Shown piece by piece: positions 27,306-39,500 of a stretch of DNA of 64,000 nt (the stretch's first letter is position 1; each line of letters begins with the position of its first letter). The notes below the pieces were generated by a model. It searched no databases. It was not told the origin of the DNA and saw only the letters and a program-made list of their open reading frames with translations. The DNA comes from Eledone cirrhosa (lineage: Eukaryota), in contig OZ024754.1 in assembly GCA_964016885.1 (NCBI GenBank), positions 40,114,001 through 40,178,000 of the forward strand, read 5' to 3'. The position numbers and the translations under genes are program-made.

Positions 27306-27999
27306 GTGTGTTTTTGTATGTGTGTGTGGGGGGGGGGGGGTGAGGGGGGTCTGTGCATGTGTGTGCGTAGGTGTGTGTGTGTATGTGTGAGTGTATTTGT
27401 ATGTATGCTGTGACAAAGAGGATAGCTATTCAATCCATAGGTAAAGTGTCAGAGAATGTCCCCAGGTGTCTTTGGATTGAAAGAGCTGTGCTATGGCCCG
27501 GTCAACCTGTGGAGAGATGCTGTGTTGAAAGGGACCTGTCCGACCCATGCAAGTGTCCTGAGAAACAAAGGAGATGTTATAACACTTCATTTCTTTCCTC
27601 GGGGATTAAGGGTCAATAATGCTGACAATAAGAAGGTATTGGAGAGGGTTGTGAGCAAAGGAAGACTTTACACCAGGCATGTTAAACATGTGGCCTGTGG
27701 GCTGCATGTGGCCCTTACAACACACCTGCGACCCACACAAAGGTTTTTACAGCACGAGCATGTTTTATCATATATATAAAATTTAAAAAAATTATTTTGT
27801 CATGTGTGGCCCTCAGACAACACTTATGTGACCCATGTGGCCCCCAGACAACACATATGTGACCCATGTGTGGCCCTCAGACAACACTTATGTGACCCGT
27901 GTGGCCCCCAGACAACACATATGTTGGATGAGTTACAATCTCCAGGATCATGTCACCCCAATCTTTTCCTAGTTCTCCACACCTGAATCCAGTGGATTT

Positions 28000-28202
<203 letters not shown>

Positions 28203-29400
28203 ATGATTAAACAAATATCATCATCATCATCATGGGTTAGATGGGAATTAGCATGGGTTAGACGCGAGTTGTCCCACTTCCGGCAAGATTGATCGGGTGA
28301 CCATGTCTCGCTCGTATAGGACTGTATCTGGCAGGTTTTCTACGGCTGGATGCCCTTCCTAACACCAACCACATTTACAGTGTGGACTGGGAGCCTTTTT
28401 ACCATGTTTCCTACACGGCCACATTACAGCGTGGACTGGGTGTTTCTCGTGACACCTACACGACCTCATTAGTTTGGTCTGGATGTTGTGGTACGAACAT
28501 AACTTTACAGAAAAAGGGGTGGTGTCAGTGGGAGCGGGGGGATGGAGTAGAGTAAGGGCAGTGGGTTGGGGGTGTATATTTGGTTACTGACTGCAGGTTA
28601 ACTTTGCACGTAGGGAAGGCGGGGCGTAATCAAGAGGGAAATGAATGAATGCCCTCACATCACTATAAAATCTCTCTGAAGTCTAAGTCTACCGTAACTA
28701 GCACAATGTCCAAAATAGATAAAGATCATCTGATTCAGACATGCCAACTTTTCAGACTTCATTTGAGGCAGTCATTGATGTTAACAGAGGATTTATTGAG
28801 TTGATGTATCAAGAAGAGTCTCAAAATTATTCATGCCAAATCTTTTTCACAAATAAAGCTCTTCTTTCGTGACTTAGTAAAAGATCTTTGACCCTTTAAT
28901 GTTCAAACCGGCCAAAACCAGCCAGAATTTTCTACTTTTTTCTGTTTTACAACCAAATATTGTTCCTGATATTGTCGCTTCTTACAACGTGCAGGATGCA
29001 ATGTACCGGATATACAGGATACATACACACTCACAAACCACATAGATATAGAGAGAGAGGGGGGCTGGAGAGAGAGGGAGAGAGGGAGAGGGAGGGAGAG
29101 GGAGGAGAGCGGGAGAGAGGGGGAATGGAAGGGAGAGGGGGGAAGGGGGAGAAGAATGTGTATGATAAAATGGTTTATTCAAATGTTAGTTGTCTGACAT
29201 TTAATGATTTGGGGTGAATGTTGGGTTGACCCCCCCCCCCCAACACTTCCATCTCTCTCTCTTTTCCTTACATCTCTCTTCATTCTCTCTCTTACTTTTC
29301 ACTCTTTCTCTCTCTTATTTTCTTTATTTCTACTACACCCCCTCTATCTCTATCTATGTATCCTTGATTTCTCATGAGTTGCTCTCTATTATATATATAT

Positions 29401-29458
<58 letters not shown>

Positions 29459-29648
29459 ATCAACCACCTAAGCCAAAACGACGAGGCAAGCTAAACAGCG
29501 GGTACATATTTCATTTATTTTGTTTTACCTGTTTAGCTTGCCTCGTCTTTTTGGCTTAGGTGATTGATGGCTTCTTAACCGCTATCTCAGTTTGTTTGGC
29601 CTTTATAACCTATGTATATATATGTATATATATATATACATATATATA

Positions 29649-30544
29649 CGAGGTGTGTCAGAAAAGTTCCAGGACTGATGTTACAAAAGATTTATTTCAA
29701 ATCCAAACTTCACACTAAGAGTTTTCTCCTTCAAAGTAATCCCCCTGGAGTATGTAACTGTAATCTTAGCTCTCTGCAGCGATCAAACTTTTTTCTTCAT
29801 AATTTTATATACATGTCCTCTGTTTCAGGTCGTCAAGCAATGAGCACAGAGCAACGAACAAACTTGAAAACTCCGTCAGAAGCACTGGGATTGCTGCAGC
29901 AAGTGTATGGAGATGAGACGATGTCACGCTCACGTGTTTTTGAGTGGTGCAAGAGGTTTAAAGAAGGATGCAAGGACGTGGAAGATGACCCCAGGAGCGG
30001 AAGGCCCTCAACAACCAGGACTGAGGTCAACTTTGAGCGCGTCAGGCAGATGGTGCGTAGCGATCGTAGGCTGACTGTTCGACTGATGGCAAATGAGCTG
30101 GACATGAAACGGGACAGCGTCTGGAAGATTCTCACTGAAGATTTGGACACGCGGAAAGTTTGCGCGAAGCTGGTGCCAAAACTGCTGAACGATGACCAGA
30201 AGGGTCGACGCATGCAAGTGTGCCAGGACATCCTCGAGCGTCTTGAAACCGAACCAGACTTGCTAGGGACAGTCATCACCGGTGATGAGTCATGGATCTT
30301 CGAGTACGACCCTGAGGGGACCCGTTTTGAAGACGTGGATGACATCAAAAAGGCCGTAACGACAGAACTGCGGAGTATCCCGGAAGAATCCTTCCAGGAG
30401 TGCATGCAAGCGTGGCAGAAAAGGATGGAAGAGTGCATTAGACTCCAGGGGGATTACTTTGAAGGAGAAAACTGTTAGTGTGAAGTTTGGGTTTGAAATA
30501 AATCTTTTGTGACATCAGTCCTGGAACTTTTCTGACACACCTCG
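29649..30544 (+). mobile_element. Internally deleted mariner (Tc1/mariner) DNA transposon
   Basis: TA target sites at 29647-48 and 30545-46; inverted termini 29649-29751 and 30442-30544 (103 bp, 3 mismatches); transposase remnant inside. Confidence 0.93.
29840..30478 (+). pseudogene. Mariner transposase ORF (212 aa) with in-frame deletion of most of the catalytic domain
   Basis: HTH region (VFEWCKRFKEG, DDPRSGRPS), LVPKLL linker, first catalytic D (ITGDESW), then a jump to GTRFEDVDDIK...QGDYFEG; HDNA and YSPDLAP motifs absent. Confidence 0.88.
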
Positions 30545-30902
30545 TATATACATCACTATAAATGTGGTTGGTGCTATTAAGGGCATCCAGCCGTAGAAAA
30601 CCTGCCAGATACAGTCCTATACGAGCGAGACACGGTCACCCGATCAATCTTGCCGGAAGTGGGACAACTCGCGTCTAACCCATGCTAATTCCCATCTAAC
30701 CCATGATGATGATGATGATGATATTTGTTTAATCATGGCTGTCGTTCAGCTGAACAACATCTCAGTAAGAAGTTTAGACTTGCGGGTAACATGTGCAGCA
30801 ACAGGTGCAATTGATTTGCAATACGTGGTCATATTAATACAACCTTCATTGCAAACACTGACAACTTTATTGCAATTGTTTCTGCAGTATTATCTACCTG
30901 TG

Positions 30903-30916
30903 GTTGCTATGGAAAC
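30903..30916. promoter_or_regulatory. Candidate RFX X-box
   Basis: GTTGCTATGGAAAC matches the palindromic X-box consensus and lies in a small island of unique sequence. Confidence 0.3.
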
Positions 30917-30959
30917 CTCAGTGTCATCACATGATGAGCAGTTTTTTTTTTTATTTCAC

Positions 30960-31016
<57 letters not shown>

Positions 31017-31017
31017 G

Positions 31018-31073
<56 letters not shown>

Positions 31074-31124
31074 TATATATATATATTTATATATATATAA
31101 ATATATATATTTATATATATATAA

Positions 31125-31209
<85 letters not shown>

Positions 31210-31366
31210 CGATGATGATGATGATGATGCTATATATATATATGTGTGTGTGTATGTATGTATATATGTGTGTGTGTGTATGTATGTATGTATATACATT
31301 CATTTATATATATATATATATATATATACATACACACATATATGTGTGTGTGGGTGTGCATGTGTG

Positions 31367-31397
<31 letters not shown>

Positions 31398-31789
31398 ATG
31401 TATATACATACATTTATATATATATATATGAATGTATGTATACATACATACATACATACACACACACACATATATACACACATGCACACCCACACACACA
31501 TATATGTGTGTGGGTGTGCATGTGTGTATATATATATGTGTGTGTGGGTGTGCATGTGTGTATATATATATGTGTGTGTCGGTGTGCATGTATATCTGTG
31601 AGTGTATGTGTGAGTGTAGGTGTGTGTTTGTGTATGTAAGTGTGTGCATGTGTGAGTGTGTTTGTGTATGTGCGTGCATGTGTGAGTGTGTATGTAGGTA
31701 TGTATTTGTGTGTGTGTATGTATGTGAATGTGTGAGTGAGTATGTGTATGTAGGTGTGAGTTTATGTAAGTGTGCGTGAGTGTATCTAT

Positions 31790-32013
31790 GTGTATGTATA
31801 TGTCAGTGTGTGTGTATATATATGTATATGTCAGTGTGTATATATATATATATATATATGTATATGTCAGTGTGTGTGTGTGTATATATGTATATGTCAG
31901 TGTGTGTGTGTGTATATATATATGTATATGTATATGCCAGTGTGTATGTATATATATATGTATATGTCAGTGTGTATGTATATGTATATGTATGTATATG
32001 TCAGTGTGTGCGA

Positions 32014-32079
<66 letters not shown>

Positions 32080-34250
32080 GTCAGTGTATATATATATATG
32101 TATATGTATGTATATGTCAGTGTGTATATATATATATGTATATATATGTCAGTGTGTATATATATGTATATATATGTATATGTCAGTGTATATATATATA
32201 TGTATATATATATATATGTATATGTCAGTGTATATATATAAGTATATATATGTATATGTCAGTGTATATATATATATGTATATGTATGTATATGTCAGTG
32301 TGTATATATATGTATATGTCAGTGTGTATATATATATGTATATATATGTCAGTGTGTATATATATGTATATGTCAGTGTGTGTATATGTATATATATGTA
32401 TATGTCAGTGTATATATATATGTATATATATGTGTATGTCAGTGTATATATATATGTATATGTATGTATATTTCAGTGTGTATATATATGTATATGTCAG
32501 TGTGTATATATATATGTATATATGTCAGTGTGTATATATATGTATATGTCAGTGTATATATATATGTGTATGTATGTATATGTCAGTGTATATATATATG
32601 TACATGTATGTATATGTCAGTGTATATATATATGTATATATATGTATATGTCAGTGTGTATATATATGTATATGTATGTATATGTCAGTGTATATATATG
32701 TATATATATATATGTATATGTCAGTGTATATATATGTGTATATGTATGTATATGTCAGTGTATATATATATGTATATGTATGTATATGTCAGTGTATATA
32801 TATATGTATATGTATGTATATGTCAGTGTATATATATATGTATATGTATGTATATGTCAGTGTATATATATATGTATATATATGTATATGTCAGTGTATA
32901 TATATATGTATATATATGTATATGTCAGTGTGTATATATATGTATATGTCAGTGTGTATATATATATGTATATATATGTCAGTGTGTATATATATGTATA
33001 TGTCAGTGTGTGTATATGTATATATATGTATATGTCAGTGTATATATATATATGTATATATATGTATTTGTCAGTGTATATATATATATGTATATGTATG
33101 TATATGTCAGTGTATATATATATGTATATATATGTATATATCAGTGTATATATATATGTATATATATGTATATGTCAGTGTGTATATATATGTATATGTC
33201 AGTGTGTATATATATATGTATATATATGTCAGTGTGTATATATATGTATATGTCAGTGTGTGTATATGTATATATATGTATATGTCAGTGTATATATATA
33301 TGTATATATATGTATTTGTCAGTGTATATATATATGTATATGTATGTATATGTCAGTGTATATATATATGTATATATATGTATATGTCAGTGTATATATA
33401 TATGTATATATATGTATATGTCAGTGTGTATATATATGTATATGTCAGTGTGTATATATATATGTATATATATGTCAGTGTGTATATATATGTATATGTC
33501 AGTGTGTGTATATGTATATATATGTATATGTCAGTGTATATATATATGTATATATATGTATTTGTCAGTGTATATATATATGTATATGTATGTATATGTC
33601 AGTGTATATATATATGTATATATATGTATATGTCAGTGTATATATATATGTATATATATGTATATGTCAGTGTGTATATATATGTATATGTCAGTGTGTA
33701 TATATATATGTATATATATGTCAGTGTGTATATATATGTATATGTCAGTGTGTGTATATGTATATATATGTATATGTCAGTGTATATATATATGTATATA
33801 TATGTATTTGTCAGTGTATATATATATGTATATGTATGTATATGTCAGTGTATATATATATGTATATATATGTATATGTCAGTGTATATATATATGTATA
33901 TATATGTATATGTCAGTGTGTATATATATGTATATGTCAGTGTGTATATATATGTATATGTCAGTGTGTATATATATATGTATATATATGTCAGTGTGTA
34001 TATATATGTATATGTCAGTGTGTGTATATGTATATATATGTATATGTCAGTGTATATATATATGTATATATATGTATTTGTCAGTGTATATATATATGTA
34101 TATGTATGTATATGTCAGTGTATATATATATGTATATGTATGTATATGTCAGTGTATATATATATGTATATGTATGTATATATCAGTGTATATATATATG
34201 TATATGTATGTATATGTCAGTGTATATATATATCTATATGTCAGTGTGCG
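31790..34250. repeat. TA/TG-rich minisatellite punctuated by TGTCAGTG, with about 246-bp higher-order period
   Basis: Rare variant tatttgtcagtg recurs at 33067, 33315, 33561, 33807 and 34077. Confidence 0.9.
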
Positions 34251-34451
34251 TGTGTTTATGTAGTCGTATTTACTGTATTTATTTCTATTCCTAATTTATT
34301 ATTCTCCAGTGTTTCTTTTCTTTTGTGTATGGTTTATTGGATCATAGATGACAGCCACCACATCACAGTCCACTGACATACACTTGCATACACTTACACT
34401 CACTTACATACACTTGCATACACTTACACACACTACATATATGCACACAAA

Positions 34452-34550
34452 CTCTCTCTTCTCTCCCTCTACCAACCTATCTCTCTCTCCCTCCCTCAAT
34501 CAATCTCTCTCTCTACCAACCTATCTCTCTCTCTCTCTCTACCAACCTCA

Positions 34551-34588
<38 letters not shown>

Positions 34589-34930
34589 CAACCTCACTAT
34601 CTCTCTCTCTCTCTCTCTCTACCAACCGCACTATCTCTCTCTCTCTCTCTCTCTACCAACCTCACTATCTCTCTCTCTCTACCAACCTATGTCTCTCTCT
34701 CTCTCTCTCTACCAATCTATCTCTCTCTCTCTCTCTCTCTACCAACCTCACTATCTCTCTCTCTCTACCAACCTATCTCTCTCTCTCTCTCCCTCAATCA
34801 ATCTCTCTCTACCAACCTATCTCTCTCTCTCTCTCTCTCTCTACCAACCTATATCTCTCTCTCTCTCTCTCTCTACCAACCTCACTATCTCTCTCTCTCT
34901 ACCAACCTATATCTCTCTACCTCTCTCTCT
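34452..34930. repeat. (CT)n-based minisatellite with accaacct anchors
   Basis: Direct inspection. Confidence 0.9.
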
Positions 34931-35115
34931 CCCTATTAAATTATCTGTCAATCACATTTTGCTGTCATTTTCTGTTGTAATAAATAATTAAAGCTCCATT
35001 ATATAATATTTGCAGTGAGAATTATTGGACTCTGTAATGGAATAAAATATAAAGCTTTTAGACAGTCTGTTAGTTAACAGGAGTCACCCCCTCCCCACCC
35101 CGATATATATGTGTG

Positions 35116-35146
<31 letters not shown>

Positions 35147-35437
35147 ATGTGTGTATGTATATGTATGTGTATGTGTGTATATATATATATATATGTATGT
35201 ATATGTATGTGTGTATATATGCGTGTGCGTGTGTGCGTGTGCATGTGTGTGTGTGTGTGTATGTATATATGTGTGCATACATACATACATACATACATAC
35301 ATACATACATAAGTTTATCCTGGGTTCAATCTGGGGTAACCACAGTAAGTAAAGTACTCAATACATAGCAGAGTATAAATATTTAATATTTAAATCCTCA
35401 GAAATTCTCCTGAATGAAATAGTTCTAGTTCTGTAGA

Positions 35438-35475
<38 letters not shown>

Positions 35476-35848
35476 GTCTAACCCATGCTAGCGTGGAAGA
35501 ACGGACGTAAAACGGTGATGGTGATGATGATGATGATACATATATTTATATTTATACTTTGGGAGGGTCATGCTGCCAATAAAAACACATGCACCTGTTG
35601 GTTTTCACTTCAATTTATTATAAATTTCCAGTTTGTTAGCTGGATGGTTGGTTCAATAAACATATGGTTGTTTATATATTGTCAAAGCTCTTTCGTCACA
35701 CATTCTGTGACCTCCTCAGTGATTGGGTCTTTATTTTGTGTCCCACCATCTTGTTTTTGTGTGTTGTAGTATAGACCCTACCATGAAAGGTAGACCACAT
35801 TGAAAAGTATATATATGTAAAAACTACAGACCCTCCATCTCAACTCTA

Positions 35849-35884
35849 CTTTTGAAAAGCAGAAGAACTGCGAAACCGGTAAAG
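35849..35884 (+). ncRNA. Minimal hammerhead ribozyme with U3-A8 core variant (family E)
   Basis: CTT-TTGAAAA-GCAG AAGAA CTGC-GAAA-CCGG-TA-AAG. Confidence 0.65.
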
Positions 35885-36221
35885 GAACCAAATAAATATA
35901 TATATATTTTTTTTTAAATAAGACTCCAGTTGCATTTTCGATTTCATCTCTTTTTCTTTATACTTTCTCTCGTGTAGGACACCTCGGTTATTTTTCAATT
36001 TGTAAAAAAAACCTCACTTTCTAATATGTATATATATATATATATATATATAACAAACATCACCCTGTGTTTATAAAGTGGTCGTGTTGGTGCCACGATA
36101 AACAGCATCCAGTCCACCCTGTAAATGTGGTGCATTCTTTGCATATCTCCTTTGAATATTTTTTCAGGTAGCATATGTTGAAATACATTTTTAATACTTA
36201 AAATCCTATATCACCCTATGG

Positions 36222-36252
<31 letters not shown>

Positions 36253-36316
36253 GGTGGTGGTGGTGGTGGTGGTGATGATGATTTATGGTAATTAAATAAC
36301 TTAATTACAATTACAG

Positions 36317-36322
36317 TTTATT
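36317..36322 (-). terminator. Putative polyadenylation signal of the LRRC74-like gene
   Basis: AATAAA on the minus strand downstream of the predicted stop. Confidence 0.45.
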
Positions 36323-36526
36323 ACAAATGTTAATGTTCAAGCTAAATGTTGAGTAAACCATCTCAGTTGTAGTCTGGGGAACTGGTAATGCTGACAAACG
36401 TTACTGGTTCCTCTCACTACAATTATAGCAGTATATATTATAGTTTAGTCTGGTCAACTTCTGCTTTCTTTCACTTTCTTCCACTTGAAGCAGTTTCATG
36501 ATAAAGTGTTTGGCAACGCCTCTCCT

Positions 36527-36545
36527 TCACCTCTCACCTCTCAGC
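36527..36545 (-). CDS. LRRC74A: LRRC74-like terminal coding exon 13 (KLRGER*)
   Basis: Acceptor atttctgtag, TGA at 36529-36527, AATAAA about 205 nt downstream. Confidence 0.55.
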
Positions 36546-39500
36546 CTACAGAAATTAATTACAAATTGTTGTAAAGGAAAGCTATAACTCCCCCACCTCC
36601 ACCCCACTGGTCCTCTCCTGTCATCCTGTCCAATGGAATAATATATCCACAAGAGTCCTACATGCCCAACCTCTGATCTGAAAACCTAGGACATACACCC
36701 GAGCTTAAACTAGACATGCCTATCCCCTAGCATGTTGGTCTTCCTCTGGTCTTCCTCTGGTCCCTCTGTTGGTCTTCCTCTCATCTCTCTGTTGGTCTTC
36801 CTCTGGTCTCTCTGTTAGTCTTCCTCTCATCTCTCTGTTAGTCTTCCTCTCATCTCTCTGTTAGTCTTCCTCTCATCTCTCTGTTGGTCTTTCTCTAGTC
36901 TTCCTCTCATCTCTCTGTTGGTCTTCCCCTGGTCTTTCTCTGGTCTTCCTCTGGTCTCTCTGTTAGTCTTCCTCTCATCTCTCTGTTGGTATTCCTCTCA
37001 TCTCTCTGTTGGTCTTTCTCTGGTCTTCCTCTCATCTCTCTGTTGGTATTCCTCTCCTCTCTCTGTTGGTCTTTCTCTGGTCTTCCTCTGGTCTCTCTGT
37101 TAGTCTTCCTCTCATCTCTCTGTTGGTCTTTCTCTGGTCTTCCTCTGGTCTCTCTGTTAGTCTTCCTCTCATCTCTCTGTTGGTCTTTCTCTGGTCTTCC
37201 TCTGGTCTCTCTGTTGGTATTCCTCTCATCTCTCTGTTGGTATTCCTCTCCTCTCTCTGTTGGTCTTCCTCTAACTCTTACTTAGGACTCTCTCTTGTTA
37301 GATCCCTGAAAATAAAGTATTATAGGTTTTTATATTTGTATTTAATATTTCTTATTTATTCAGATATTACTTTCAAATACAATGGAGGCATTCATCATCA
37401 CAACCATTCTCATCATCACCACCATCATCATCAAAACCATCCTCCATCATCATCACCACCATCATCATCATCATCATCATCATTATCATCATCATCATCA
37501 CCATTGTCACCACCATCATCACCATCACCATCATCATCACCATTGTCACCACCATCATCACCATCACCATCATCATCACCATTGTCACCACCATCATCAT
37601 TACCATCATCACCATTATCATCATCATCACCATTGTCACCGCCATCATCACCATCATCATTACCATCATCACCATTATCATCATCATCACCATTGTCACC
37701 GCCATCATCACCATCATCATTACCATCATCACCATTATCATCATCTGTCCGTTTTCCCATACTGACATGGGTGGGTTAGACAGGACATTAAAAAACATTG
37801 ATCGATCGACAGTCGATCAACGAGTTCCCAGACCTCGTTTGCTTAACGAGTGGAGTGGAGCTCATCAAATTAGACCGAGGAAACAATGTTTTCTTTGGTT
37901 TTTCCAATTGCTAATACTATCTATCAGTTGCAACTCCAGGTAGAAGGAGCAACATGAAATAAAGTGTCTTGTTCAAGGACATAACGCATCACCCAGTCTG
38001 GGAATCGAAATCACAACCTCACGATTACGAATCCAATTCTCTAACCACAGAGCCATGCGCCTTACACGTTTCAGTTTTGGCATTGGTTTTACAACTGGAT
38101 GTTCTTTCTAATGCTAACCATTTTACAGAGTGTATTATGTATATCAGCTAGATGCCAGTTACAAGCCATACATCTCTCCATCTCTCTTAACTTTTGAAAA
38201 TCATCATACTTGTGAAACCGGTAAAGTTATAATTATTGTAAATAAACTTTCTTAAAGACTCCAATTGTGTTTTCAACTTCTTTTTCCAATATTTTTAACC
38301 TTATTTTCAAATATATATATATAAAGAGACCTGAGAACTTGGACCCTGACCAAGAAACTCACTCAGATGGTGGATGGGTGCTACACGAGAATGCTGAGGA
38401 TGGCTCTGAACAGTAATCAGTATACACTGAGGATGAAGAACTCAGAGCTGTATGGGAGCCTCCCAAAAGTCTGCTTGAAAGTAACACAGAGGAGATTGAG
38501 ATTAGTTGGACATTCTCACTGACATTCAGAGTTGACACTGCACTCAGTGCTCCTGTGGGAGCCCCTGCATGGACACACTGGAAGAGGGAGACCGAGGTAG
38601 ACATATGTTGATGCCCTAAGGACAGACACAGGTCTCATGGAGATGCAGAACATAGCGGCGATAATGAAGACCACTGGAGAGAACTTGTCCATGGATCTCA
38701 CCCTAGATAGTTAGATATATAAAAAGCTAACTGACCCAAAATATATTTTTCCAGATCCTTGGTTTGCCATTGTGTTTAATGTTTGCATTAATTCATTGGT
38801 GTCAATTTGGAGATCACATTCCTGTCGCAGACATGGAAAAAATAAACATTCTTTTATGATGAGATTTGTAAATATATCAACATCACCCAATATTTCAAGT
38901 TTAAATATGTAAGATAAATATCAAATTTTTTAAGAAATACCAAAGATTCCCATGTAATCTCAGTCTGTGAGAATAAAATACCAAAACCAGGGCTGGCACT
39001 CAAATAGTTACCATATATACTCAAATATAAACTGAGGAATATGAGACCAAAAAATCGATGGTAAAATTTGGAGGAGTCAGCTTATATATACCATCTAAAC
39101 AATGTGTTAACCAACTACCTCTGCTTAGAAATGGGGTTTAGATATTTTCCCCTTTCTCAGATATAAAAGAGGGGGTTGGTTTACATTTAGATTGGCTTAT
39201 ATTTGAGTATATACGGTAATGGAAATGGGAAATAAAAAACTTTTCTTGTCAAATTTCCTAAAAGAAATTTCCTAGATTATCCTACCTTGACGGCTGCAAT
39301 GAAATCTTGAGGGACGATAGTAAAATTTCCTTCATTGTCATATTTTTTAAGGGTTTCCATTAATTTCTGATCCCTTATTACAACACTTTGTTTCAGAATA
39401 AGCAGAGACTTGTTATATTGGTTCCTACTGTCAACTTCGATAGGTTTCTTACCAATATCATCAGTGGTGTTTCCTGATCTCAAGATGTGACCAAAGTTTG

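Noticed and set aside
29612-29839. N-terminal extension of the 288-aa mariner ORF
   Set aside because: Runs through (TA)n and the TIR; transposase homology begins at the ATG at 29840
31770-34376. 868-, 840- and 627-aa ORFs rich in Y/I/V/C/M
   Set aside because: Translations of a TA/TG microsatellite, open in several frames; no coding signal
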